Source: Candidatus Hodarchaeota archaeon (GTDB lineage Archaea; Asgardarchaeota; Lokiarchaeia; Sigyniarchaeales; SOKP01). From it: a DNA stretch of 64,000 nt. The notes below the pieces were generated by a model that was given only the letters and a program-made list of their open reading frames with translations, searched no databases and had not been told where the DNA came from. The translations under genes and the position numbers were made by a program. The DNA lies in NCBI GenBank assembly GCA_048887225.1, contig JBHLJY010000010.1, forward strand, positions 23,838-87,837, in the 5' to 3' direction. This document shows, piece after piece, positions 40,003 through 49,698 of this stretch; the stretch's first letter is position 1, and each line of letters starts with the position of its first letter.

Positions 40003-40917
40003 TCAAATACTTTCTATTTTTCTTCTTTCTTCCTCTAATTTCCTCTCTCTCTTCCACTCTTTTCTTTCCTTATGTGTCATATGCTGATCATACCTTTTAA
40101 TATAAAGTTCTTCGTATTTTTTTCTTAAATCCTCTACATCTTCAATATGTCCTAGAACATCTTCAAGGCCATCTTCGAAAAATCGGTTTTTTTTGAATTT
40201 TTTTGCTGGGATGCCGAGATAAATCCAACCGGCTTCTAAATCCTGCCCCACAATAGTTACAGAATTAGCAGCTAGAACGCTATTTTTTCCTATGTGAGTA
40301 CCAGGCATAACAACGGCATGGGCTCCTATTCTAACATTATCTTCGATAATTGTTTTTCGTATTATTAATAGATTACCTACAATAACAGCAGATTGAACAA
40401 TGCTTCCTTGCCCTACAACAACATTTTTTCCGAATTCAATGAATTCGCAGTCTACCCAACCTTCAAAAAGAGAATTAGAAAATTTGGTTCTCACACCGAA
40501 TAATTTAAAAGCAATATTGTCTAAAAAAGGAAATGGAAATTTATGTGCAAGCCAGATCGGCCATCTCTTAATAGTATTACGCATACTCCAATAACGATAA
40601 TCCTTATCTGAAGACTCTCTTATAAATACGCCCTCCTTTGGTTTGTGAATTGCATTAACGATTACAAGTAAAATTTTAGCAAAAATTAACGAGGTAAATA
40701 CTGCAGTAATATACATTAGAAAACAGAGAAGTGGAAAAAAAATGTAAAAATGAATTGGCCTTATTGGATCCCACAAAATTTGCCAATAATACCAAAATTC
40801 AAGTAAAACAGGGATCATCGATACCCATATAAGAAATATGTAAAAAACTAAATATCTTTTTTTTACTAAAATTGTTGGAGTAAATGGTCCTACTCTCATA
40901 GAAGTTGGAACTGACAT
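40003..40917 (-). CDS. Membrane-anchored hexapeptide (LbH) acyltransferase-like protein 3
   Basis: Two TM helices, PKEG, FGV, IEFGKNVVVGQG, IGKNSVL, GIPAK. Confidence 0.85.
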   Translation of the reverse strand: MSVPTSMRVGPFTPTILVKKRYLVFYIFLIWVSMIPVLLEFWYYWQILWDPIRPIHFYIFFPLLCFLMYITAVFTSLIFAKILLVIVNAIHKPKEGVFIRESSDKDYRYWSMRNTIKRWPIWLAHKFPFPFLDNIAFKLFGVRTKFSNSLFEGWVDCEFIEFGKNVVVGQGSIVQSAVIVGNLLIIRKTIIEDNVRIGAHAVVMPGTHIGKNSVLAANSVTIVGQDLEAGWIYLGIPAKKFKKNRFFEDGLEDVLGHIEDVEDLRKKYEELYIKRYDQHMTHKERKEWKRERKLEEERRKIESI

Positions 40918-40933
40918 TTTTCAAAATCTCTGG

Positions 40934-41857
40934 TTACAATTTAATTCTATCCTTTTTATCATTTTCAATACTTATTTTATGTTCTACTAATATTGCTCGT
41001 TCTTCATCAACACTTCTTCTTGTCAATTTCGTTTCTTCTGCGAGCTTATTTGGTTTTAATTTAATTGCTGGAATTCCAAAATAAATCCATTCTTGTTCTA
41101 AAAATTGGTTAAAAATTGTAGCAGAAATAGCACCTAGGAGTGAATCTCTTCCTGTAATAGTACCTGGTGAAACGCAAGCCATTCCCCCTACAACAGTATA
41201 ATCATCAAATATTACTCTTTTGATTATTAAATATTTTCCAACTACCATTGAGCTCATGACAACAGCACCTTGCCCTATCATAACATTTCGACCAAATTTA
41301 ATAAATTCAATGTCACACCATGAATCTTGGAGATGGCTTGAGAAATCCATTTTCACTCCAAACCATCGGAAAGCTAACGCATCCATCCATGGTAAAGGGC
41401 AATTTCTCATAAGCCACATCACTAACTTCTTTAATTCTGTTCGAAGACACCAAAATTCAAAATCTTTATCACCCTTCTGCGCTAGAAAAACACCTTCTCT
41501 TGGATTATGAAAAAGGTTTATTAAAATTAAAAATAATTTTGAGAAAAATATGCAACCATATATGAAAATAAATACCATAGAAAGTATAGCAATTGGTAAA
41601 ATGCAAATTGTAAAAATCCAAGGATACCAGTTCTCTGTTATTGGAGTTAATAGCCTAAAATATTCATAACTGTAGATTGCTACGAGTAAACCACTAAACC
41701 AAAAAATTGGGATATATATAAAGAGAAATTTTATACTAACTCTGCTAATAGCACTACTTGTTGTGAAGTCTAATGAATAATCATTTATATCATTATTTTC
41801 TAAATGAATTATTCCGTTCTTTTTTGTTTCAGTTGATTTTTTACTCGATTCACTCAT
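40934..41857 (-). CDS. Membrane-anchored hexapeptide (LbH) acyltransferase-like protein 2
   Basis: Two TM helices, PREG, FGVKM, IKFGRNVMIGQG, GIPA. Confidence 0.85.
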   Translation of the reverse strand: MSESSKKSTETKKNGIIHLENNDINDYSLDFTTSSAISRVSIKFLFIYIPIFWFSGLLVAIYSYEYFRLLTPITENWYPWIFTICILPIAILSMVFIFIYGCIFFSKLFLILINLFHNPREGVFLAQKGDKDFEFWCLRTELKKLVMWLMRNCPLPWMDALAFRWFGVKMDFSSHLQDSWCDIEFIKFGRNVMIGQGAVVMSSMVVGKYLIIKRVIFDDYTVVGGMACVSPGTITGRDSLLGAISATIFNQFLEQEWIYFGIPAIKLKPNKLAEETKLTRRSVDEERAILVEHKISIENDKKDRIKL

Positions 41858-42734
41858 AAGATATTTTCAAATCTTTATTTTTTTCTAAATCCTCTTCAGT
41901 AATTTTTAAAAAATCCATAATTTTCTTCTTAAAAATTTTACGGGCTGGAAGACCAAAATAATAATTATTTCCTTTTGTCGTTTGATTTTTCCCAAAAGAG
42001 CCAAGTGGTAAAATATAAGAATTATCTTTTAATTCGCAGCCTGGACCAACGATGTTGAAGGCAGTGCAAGTAACATTATTTCCTATCTTTATTTCAAAAT
42101 AAGGAATTCTCCCAAATATCCCCTCAACTGTATGAGAACATATTGCTGAGTTTACGCCTATATAACAGTTATCTCCAACATCAATAAATTTGTCAGCAAC
42201 TATTTCCTCCTCAATCGTAGTCCCTTTTCCTATTTTGTTTGATCCCACAAAATTAAAAAACCAATTAGCCAACCAGGGGAATAGACCTTTAGTAAACACA
42301 TTTTTACCATATTTAATTAAAAATGATCGAATATGGTAATAATTTAAGGTATCGGATGGAAAATTTCGAAGAATAATCCCATCCTGAGTTGGACATTTTC
42401 TTTCAGTAAATCTCCAGAGTATACGTGTTAATAACCCGATAAAAAATAAATGTAGAAGATAGCAACCAATAACAATTAAAGGCATCGAAATCAAAGCTAA
42501 TAAAGGTTTAAAGTTTGTGAAAAGAGAAGAAAAATTATTGTTCTCTAAATAAAAAGGTTTGAAAAATAGCAACACATATAACATAAAAATAATTCCAGGA
42601 AGGAAATACGATCCTAGATAAATAATGGCAAAAAAGGGTAAATAATAATGAAATTGTAGGTTGACCCCATGTTTTTCTTCCTCATCTTTTTTTTCCGATT
42701 TACTTGGTATTAAATTTTCATTTGATATAGCCAC
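41850..42734 (-). CDS. Membrane-anchored hexapeptide (LbH) acyltransferase-like protein 1
   Basis: Two TM helices, PTQDG, KIGKGT, VGDNCYIG, SH..EG, GLPAR. Confidence 0.85.
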   Translation of the reverse strand: MAISNENLIPSKSEKKDEEEKHGVNLQFHYYLPFFAIIYLGSYFLPGIIFMLYVLLFFKPFYLENNNFSSLFTNFKPLLALISMPLIVIGCYLLHLFFIGLLTRILWRFTERKCPTQDGIILRNFPSDTLNYYHIRSFLIKYGKNVFTKGLFPWLANWFFNFVGSNKIGKGTTIEEEIVADKFIDVGDNCYIGVNSAICSHTVEGIFGRIPYFEIKIGNNVTCTAFNIVGPGCELKDNSYILPLGSFGKNQTTKGNNYYFGLPARKIFKKKIMDFLKITEEDLEKNKDLKISYE

Positions 42735-42929
42735 AATTCCTCACATTTAAATCAGAATCATAATTACTTCTCAATTTTAATAAATTAAAAATTGATATCT
42801 TAGTAGAATTTTAACTATTTATTTTTAAAATTTTTCCAACTATTAAATTTTGAAATATATTTTTTAATTTTTTATGATTTTTGATTTTAATAATCTATTT
42901 AAACTATTTCTTTTATTGATTATAAATAA

Positions 42930-43325
42930 ATGGATAATAAATGTAGAGATTGTGGAATTTGCTGTTTAAATACAAATATGATTCTTTCTGAGCAAGATAT
43001 TAGTTTAATTCTAAAAAATTATGCTTCAAATGATTTACGACGACAAGATTTTATATTTAGAAATAAAAAAGGTCATTTTCAATTAAAATGCATTGAAAAT
43101 CATTGTGTTTTTTTTGATACTATAACTAAAACATGTAAAATCTATTACGCTCGTCCTCAAGGATGTAGATTTTATCCTTTAATTTATGATTACGAAAAAA
43201 GAAAATGTATTTTTGATAAAGATTGTCCAAGAACTCATTTGTTTTATCAAAAAATCGATGAACCCGAAAGAGCGTGCGAAAAAATTAAGAAATTCATAAA
43301 GAAGCAATTGCTTATTAATATTTAA
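42930..43325 (+). CDS. YkgJ-family CxxCxxCC (Fe-S/Zn) protein
   Basis: CRDCGICC...C.FF...C.IY..RP.GCR.YP. Confidence 0.88.
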   Translation: MDNKCRDCGICCLNTNMILSEQDISLILKNYASNDLRRQDFIFRNKKGHFQLKCIENHCVFFDTITKTCKIYYARPQGCRFYPLIYDYEKRKCIFDKDCPRTHLFYQKIDEPERACEKIKKFIKKQLLINI

Positions 43326-43340
43326 AAAACAGATTTACTC

Positions 43341-44012
43341 CTAAGATTTTTTATATTGGTCCATATATCCTTTAATATATTTATAGACCTCCTCAGCAGG
43401 TTGAAAAATTCCAAAGTGTCCTTCACATAAAATTTCTGCTTTTAAATCCAATAACTTTTGCATTGATTTTTGATAATCGTCTAAATTAGAGCCAAAACTT
43501 TTCATAAAAGGACCATGGATGTCTTGCCCGAATAAAATTTTTGTTGTCTCTATTTCTACATACACAGCAATCGAGCCAGGGGTATGCCCTGGAGTGTGAA
43601 TACATTGAAATTCATAATCCCCTAGTTTTAAAATCTCAATTTCTTCAGTAAATCGTTTCTCCAATTTAATTGGTTTATAATCAACACCATACCAAGAGGC
43701 GGCCGTTTTACGGTCATATCCTTTTTGTTCAATAGCATCAGCATCTAAATCATGGGCGTAAAATTTAATCCTCTCATTGAGTGTAACTTTTAATTCATAA
43801 CAGATAGCAATATGATCTATATGGCAATGTGTTATAATGCAATGTTTTATATGTTTTGGATTTAATCCAAGGTTATTGATTTTTTTCACTATTAAATAGA
43901 GATTCATACCACAATCGATTAAAACAAGACCATCACTGCTATTCGTATCTACTAAATATACGGAACAGCCAGAATCTCCTAAGTGATATACATTTTTTAC
44001 TATTTTTTGCAT
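43341..44012 (-). CDS. MBL-fold hydrolase
   Basis: THCHIDH, TPGHTPG, GH. Confidence 0.9.
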   Translation of the reverse strand: MQKIVKNVYHLGDSGCSVYLVDTNSSDGLVLIDCGMNLYLIVKKINNLGLNPKHIKHCIITHCHIDHIAICYELKVTLNERIKFYAHDLDADAIEQKGYDRKTAASWYGVDYKPIKLEKRFTEEIEILKLGDYEFQCIHTPGHTPGSIAVYVEIETTKILFGQDIHGPFMKSFGSNLDDYQKSMQKLLDLKAEILCEGHFGIFQPAEEVYKYIKGYMDQYKKS

Positions 44013-44075
44013 CTTAAGTCCATTTTTTCTAATTTAATTGTGAGTTGGAATTTTTTAAATTAAATTTATGGTTAT

Positions 44076-44891
44076 TTAATCTCTATCCAAATAAACCTTC
44101 TTATATAATAAAATTGTAGAGACAAATGCGACTCCAGTTGAAAATAGAACATCAGAAGCGTAATGATCGCCCGTTACAATTCTTGAAATTCCTAAATATA
44201 AACCCCAGCTAATAACGAGGATTGTAATTATTATTCTTTTAGGGTTCTTCCATTTTCGTTCCTTAAATAATATCAATAATGGTAAAAACATCCAGCCCAT
44301 TGAAGTGTGACCTGAAGGAAAAGACACATTTCCTTCTAAGCCACTTCTCGGTCCGGGTGGTAAAAACCAAGGAGTGTAATTTGAATAATCAGACGATAAA
44401 TCATTGTATCGAACTCTTCCACACAAAATTTTTGTTATTTGGACAAAAATCAATGGATTTATAATTGCTAACATAATAATTACAATTGCGATTTTTTTGA
44501 AATTTCTCCAATCTCTATTATAGGTAAATATGAGAAATAATAAAATTGCAAAAGTAATTCCTCCTCCAAAAGCGATGAACCAGATATTACTAAAAATTAA
44601 TGCTAAAACTAAAATGATTACTCCAATCATTAGAATTATAAAAGCTGCGATTTTTTGCTTTTTCAATTCTTGTTGATAACTACCAATTATTATCGCGATG
44701 GCTATAGCAATTATTCCGTAACCAGGAGCTTCGCCATAATATTTTCCTATCTCTGCCCAACTTGATTCTCTATTCACAACAGCTTTAGATATTTCTAAAT
44801 CTGAAAATCCAAAAATAATTGCTAGGATTATCCAAACAATGATAATAGAAATTAATAGTTTAATTAACGATTCTTCAATATTCAATTCCAT
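44076..44891 (-). CDS. PAP2-family membrane phosphatase
   Basis: K.L.GR.R, SFPSGH, SRI..GDHY.SDV. Confidence 0.92.
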   Translation of the reverse strand: MELNIEESLIKLLISIIIVWIILAIIFGFSDLEISKAVVNRESSWAEIGKYYGEAPGYGIIAIAIAIIIGSYQQELKKQKIAAFIILMIGVIILVLALIFSNIWFIAFGGGITFAILLFLIFTYNRDWRNFKKIAIVIIMLAIINPLIFVQITKILCGRVRYNDLSSDYSNYTPWFLPPGPRSGLEGNVSFPSGHTSMGWMFLPLLILFKERKWKNPKRIIITILVISWGLYLGISRIVTGDHYASDVLFSTGVAFVSTILLYKKVYLDRD

Positions 44892-44985
44892 TTAATTCAC
44901 AATAAATTGATTTATTTAGAAAATAATAAAAAAAATAATTAATTTTACCTCTAAAATTTGATTACTTAATATTTTTCTTAAAAAC

Positions 44986-45804
44986 TTGATGAGAATGGAA
45001 GATAAAGAGAAAAAGCCTTTTTTAGAGAGACTTAAGAATTATATTAAGAATTTATTTGACTTTTCTCAGTATGATGTGAAAACATTAATTTATATGATTA
45101 TTTTTGTTTTTTTAATTGGTATATCACTGTTCTTATTGTACTATATTTTTTTTGTCGATAAGACTTTTTTATATAGAATTGTTGTAGAATGGTTTGTTAA
45201 TCCTATTTATGCATTGGCATTTTGGGGTATTCTCCTTTTCATTGCTATAATGGCTATTCAAGGATTATTGGTACCTATACCATCCGAAATTGTACTCTTA
45301 GCTGCGGGGATGATCTGGGGATATTTTATAGGGGGGATTATGGGAATTATTGGATCTATGGCCGCTGGATTATTGTGTTTTTATGTGAGTAGAAAGGGTG
45401 GCCGACCTTTGGCAGAGAAATTTGTCGGTAAGAGCGCGCTCGATATGGCAGATGCTTTAATTCAAAAATATGGAACGGGCGCGATCATAATAGCGAGATT
45501 TTTACCCTTTGTTGCGTTTGATCCTATCTCGTACGCAAGTGGATTAGTAGAAATGGATGCAAAAAAATATTCATTAGGAACTTTTATTGGTTCTATTCCC
45601 CGAGCGTTTTTTTATTCTTGGTTAGGTGCTAATTTAGGTATTCGACCTCCAATTGATTTTGATGAATTACCTTTGTCTGAAATCGAAGCACAAGCAGCTT
45701 TATTTAATAATATCTTACTACTTATTTTAGCTGTATTGGTTGTAATATTTATTGCTTATTATGCGTTTAGTAAATATTGGGAGAAAAAAACAAGAAATTT
45801 ATAA
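44986..45804 (+). CDS. TVP38/TMEM64 (DedA/VTT) membrane protein
   Basis: PIPSE, G...G, ARFLPFVAFD.ISYASG. Confidence 0.9.
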   Translation: MMRMEDKEKKPFLERLKNYIKNLFDFSQYDVKTLIYMIIFVFLIGISLFLLYYIFFVDKTFLYRIVVEWFVNPIYALAFWGILLFIAIMAIQGLLVPIPSEIVLLAAGMIWGYFIGGIMGIIGSMAAGLLCFYVSRKGGRPLAEKFVGKSALDMADALIQKYGTGAIIIARFLPFVAFDPISYASGLVEMDAKKYSLGTFIGSIPRAFFYSWLGANLGIRPPIDFDELPLSEIEAQAALFNNILLLILAVLVVIFIAYYAFSKYWEKKTRNL

Positions 45805-45960
45805 AACAAAATTATTAATAAAAAATCTGTTTTTAATTCGAGTTTTAGACGGAAAATAGATTGAAAAATCTAAAGATCTTTTTAAACTTTTCTTTTTAAT
45901 TGGATTTTTAAATATAAATTTTATTTAATCTATTAGCTAAGAAAATAGCTTTTAATTATT

Positions 45961-46203
45961 ATGTATAATGACTACGATGGTATTTTAAAAGAAAGTTTGA
46001 TCCAAGACTTTCATTGGTACGAAGAAGAGTTTGATTTAATATTTAAAAACAAAAATAATTATACAGTAAAAGATTTACAATTAGCTAATTTGATATTAGA
46101 GAAATTAGCGAAAATACTAGGGATATGTCAAAGCGAGCAATTAATGGATTCTTTAGCTAATACAATAAGCAATATTAAAAAAAGATATCCTAACTTTTTC
46201 TAA
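45961..46203 (+). CDS. Small helical hypothetical protein
   Basis: 80-aa ORF in an intergenic gap. Confidence 0.6.
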   Translation: MYNDYDGILKESLIQDFHWYEEEFDLIFKNKNNYTVKDLQLANLILEKLAKILGICQSEQLMDSLANTISNIKKRYPNFF

Positions 46204-46333
46204 TTTATAATTTCTCCTTTTTAATTGATTTTAATCTCGAGAAAGCGCTTACATAAATTATTTATATTTAGTATAATATTAAAAGAAGAGATTATTTCAA
46301 TTAAAATAATAACGGAACAATAAATATACAATT

Positions 46334-47428
46334 ATGGAAAGACTAATCATAGTTCATTGGAGTAAAAGTATCGGTCCCGAACCTATTATTCAGTATCCTC
46401 CAGCACCACATTTTCCGTCAAAAGATTTATTCCTAAAAATATGGGCTTTACATGAATTAGATAAAGATTCCATTATAATTGAATTCATTCCTGAAATGGA
46501 ACAAGATCAATATATCTCTATTATCCAAGAATATGAAGGAGAGATCTATTTCTTAGTAATAGCATATGACAAAAATGTTAAACTTGAAAAAATTATCAAA
46601 GGATATCCAAACATTTCAGATATTCTAGCAATCGTCAGTAAAAATCTAATTGAATTAGTAAATACAAATAAAATTACACGAGCGATCTCTGAAGCATTTT
46701 ATACTATAAGAGATTATTCCAAGCTTGAAAAAGAAGAAAATTTATTGAACTTTTTCAAAGATAAAATAAAATATACGATATTGCAGATTTTAAGAAATGG
46801 GATGATTTCTAAAACTGAATTAAGCAAAATTTTAAGAACAGAGTATGGATTTTCTACGTTAAATATTGATCTACTACTGATCTCATTTATTCGTGAAAAC
46901 CTAATTGTAAAGCAAAATGTTCCAGGAAGTAAAGAATGTTATTTTTTAATAAAAGATCTCGTATGTACAAGAATACCTCCTAAAAGTTTACCTTATTCTA
47001 AAATTGAAGATGAGATTATTGGAGATTATGAAGAAAGATTAATTAATTTTTATACAAATTACGACTGTGCGTCTGATATTGAAAGCAAAACCATTATTAA
47101 TTTTTTAATGGATAAAGACAATTATCGCTTGCTTAGAAAATTGAGAGAAAAAAGTTTATCGGTAAGTGAATGCCTGGATATTTTAAATAATAAAGGAGAT
47201 TTATTTAATGAACTTATGGAAAAAAAAATTATTTACGAAGCAAAGGGGAAGGTATTGCTTTATTCGGATGTGCGTTTCATAAAGTTTACGCCTTTTTATC
47301 TTATTGATAAATTATCAAAGCGATATAAAGACCAAGAAATTTCATTTGAGGAGTATAAAACTCATATTAAACTCTTAACTGAACGATATAATATTAAAAA
47401 CTCTTTAATTGATTATGAAATAATTTAG
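46334..47428 (+). CDS. uDENN/longin-like + winged-helix protein (NPRL2/3-like architecture)
   Basis: LIIVHWSKSIGPEPIIQYP N-terminal motif; ILQILRNG.ISKTEL...ENLI wHTH-like segments. Confidence 0.7.
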   Translation: MERLIIVHWSKSIGPEPIIQYPPAPHFPSKDLFLKIWALHELDKDSIIIEFIPEMEQDQYISIIQEYEGEIYFLVIAYDKNVKLEKIIKGYPNISDILAIVSKNLIELVNTNKITRAISEAFYTIRDYSKLEKEENLLNFFKDKIKYTILQILRNGMISKTELSKILRTEYGFSTLNIDLLLISFIRENLIVKQNVPGSKECYFLIKDLVCTRIPPKSLPYSKIEDEIIGDYEERLINFYTNYDCASDIESKTIINFLMDKDNYRLLRKLREKSLSVSECLDILNNKGDLFNELMEKKIIYEAKGKVLLYSDVRFIKFTPFYLIDKLSKRYKDQEISFEEYKTHIKLLTERYNIKNSLIDYEII

Positions 47429-47643
47429 TTTAACGGAAAAAAGTAAAATTCGAGTGAAGGAATTAGTAAAAACACTTTTTCTTTATATTACATTTATAAG
47501 TTTTTAATTAATATTAATGAAAATTGCGATGAGTATTATTTTTTTTAATAAAATAGCAAATTTATATTATAATAAAAAACTAATAATTTTTTTACAATGA
47601 ATTATGATTTTCATATAGAAAGAGAACAAAATTTTGAGTAATT

Positions 47644-48186
47644 ATGGAAGATAATGCAGAATCTGACGAAGATTGGAATTACCACTTCTTAAAAGAGCTT
47701 GTAGAAGATGTAAAAGAAAATAGTAACTTAATTCAATGTATTTCTTGTGGAAAGTGTGTTGGCGAATGCCCAGCTTCAAAAATCTCAGATTTCAACATAA
47801 GAAGAATTATCCAAAAAATCTTACGAGGCGATAAAAGCGTTTTAAAAGATTCTGATATATGGTATTGTTTTCTCTGCGAAAGATGTAAAAGAGTGTGTCC
47901 AAGAGAAGGAATAAATATTCCACTACTCATCTTAAATTTAAGAAATGAAAGTTTCAAAAAAGGATATGGACCTCGATATAACGACCTAAGAAAGTATGTC
48001 GAAATGGCCGAGAAGTTTCTAACAATCGGCACTGTATTGGAAGATCCGTTAGATGGCTCGTTATCCAAAAAACGAATAGATGAATTAAATGAGATTTGTA
48101 ATTTCGCAAGAATAAAATATGTTTTTAAAGCGAGTGGAGCAGGTAAAGCAAATAAAAAAAGAAATAAAAAAAAAGCCAGAAAATAA
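47644..48186 (+). CDS. hdrC: Heterodisulfide reductase subunit C-like
   Basis: CISCGKCVGECP; IWYCFLCERCKRVCPR. Confidence 0.85.
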   Translation: MEDNAESDEDWNYHFLKELVEDVKENSNLIQCISCGKCVGECPASKISDFNIRRIIQKILRGDKSVLKDSDIWYCFLCERCKRVCPREGINIPLLILNLRNESFKKGYGPRYNDLRKYVEMAEKFLTIGTVLEDPLDGSLSKKRIDELNEICNFARIKYVFKASGAGKANKKRNKKKARK

Positions 48187-48215
48187 GAAAAGCGAATCAT
48201 ATAATGATTTTTTAG

Positions 48216-49226
48216 ATGGAAAATAATAATTTAGCATTAAATTTAGAGGAAATTGAAAAAAAATATCCTGAAAATCCGTTAGATTTCTTTAGAGGAAAAA
48301 AAATATGCTTATTTAAAGCATGTCTAGAGAAATATTTCCCAGGTGTGCGATTTGGAATTCAGGATTTATTAGAAGAATTAGGATTGGATGTTTTAACCTG
48401 TAAAAATCAATCTTGTTGTTCAGGAACTTTTTTTCAAAGGAATTTGATCACAAGAGCCCAATTTGCAGCCATTAACGAGAGAAACCTTAATGAAATTAAT
48501 CATCAAGCAGATTTTCTTTTAGTAAGTTGTAATGGTTGTTATAATTCTCTCTTAAGAGGAAGGGATTTTTTAAAAGATCCAAATATTAGAAAGAAAACAC
48601 AAGACATTTTAAATGGAGTAAAGATGAAAATGGGTGGTGAAAAATATTCTGGACAATACGATATTTTAAAAAATCCAAAATTACGAATAATTCATGACTT
48701 AGATTTTCTTTATTTAATTAGGAAAGATATTGTTAATGTTTTAAAATATGATTTGAAACATATTAAAATTGCTGTCCATTATGGATGCCATTATTTAAAT
48801 CTGGACCGAGACAAAGATACAAACACTTATTTAAAAGATAAAACTAAACTAGATGAGCTCATTCGACTTTTTGGAGGTATTCCCATCGATTATCAAGAAA
48901 GAGAATCATGCTGTGGATGGGGGGCAAGTCAAATAGTGCTCCATCCTGAAAAAGCCTTAAGGGTAACTTATAAAAAGCTAAAAAGTGCCGAGAATGTTAA
49001 TGCGTGTTTTATTTTAATGCCATGTCCTACTTGTTTGTATACTTTAAGTAAGCCAGAATTTCGAGAGAAAATGTGTAAGATGTTTGATAATAAATTAGAA
49101 ATTGCCACAATTCATTTAAACGAATTAATAGCAATATTAAGAGGGTGTGAAGAAGAGCGATGCATCACATTAAGAAGGAAATCTCCTAGGTTTGATCTTA
49201 TTTATTCTACAATTACTCAAGAGTAA
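48216..49226 (+). CDS. hdrB: Heterodisulfide reductase subunit B-like (CCG domains)
   Basis: SCCSG, CNGC, HYGCH, CCGWG, CPTC. Confidence 0.88.
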   Translation: MENNNLALNLEEIEKKYPENPLDFFRGKKICLFKACLEKYFPGVRFGIQDLLEELGLDVLTCKNQSCCSGTFFQRNLITRAQFAAINERNLNEINHQADFLLVSCNGCYNSLLRGRDFLKDPNIRKKTQDILNGVKMKMGGEKYSGQYDILKNPKLRIIHDLDFLYLIRKDIVNVLKYDLKHIKIAVHYGCHYLNLDRDKDTNTYLKDKTKLDELIRLFGGIPIDYQERESCCGWGASQIVLHPEKALRVTYKKLKSAENVNACFILMPCPTCLYTLSKPEFREKMCKMFDNKLEIATIHLNELIAILRGCEEERCITLRRKSPRFDLIYSTITQE

Positions 49227-49299
49227 AAATTTGGATTAAATTATTATAATTCTCTTTTTAAAACACAAGTTCAGCATAAACTTATATTGAAATAATTTA

Positions 49300-49695
49300 T
49301 TAATCTTCTTCAATTGCGAAGCGCGGACAACTGTCCACACACAAAAGGCATGCGATACATTTTTCTTCGGTGTATTCTAATCGTTCCTCATCGTTCATAT
49401 ATAACGCATCAGTAGGGCATAAGGAAACACAAGCGCCACAATCTATACATTGTTCGAAATCTAACTTAACTCTACCTTTTTTATTTATGATTGCTTTGTT
49501 TTCTTCAAGGGCCTCTGCAATAATTTCTATTTTATCGTCAGGTACGTCCAATAATAAAGTTACACCACTTGAAATCAAGGAAAACTTAAGTATATTGAAA
49601 CTTATATCGTGTTTTAAAATATCATTAATAATTTTAGAGTAGTCATCTATTTCTTTTATTAGTTCTAATGGTAAAGTAACATTTATTACAGTCAA
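49300..49695 (-). CDS. NIL + ferredoxin protein (MA1822-like, homocysteine synthesis Fe-S subunit)
   Basis: CIDCGACVSLCP and CIACLLCVDSCP; directly downstream of DUF39-CBS. Confidence 0.85.
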   Translation of the reverse strand: MTVINVTLPLELIKEIDDYSKIINDILKHDISFNILKFSLISSGVTLLLDVPDDKIEIIAEALEENKAIINKKGRVKLDFEQCIDCGACVSLCPTDALYMNDEERLEYTEEKCIACLLCVDSCPRFAIEED

Positions 49696-49698
49696 ATT

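Noticed and set aside
47644-49226. Evidence of methanogenesis
   Set aside because: Hdr-like genes are common in non-methanogens; no mcr/mtr here
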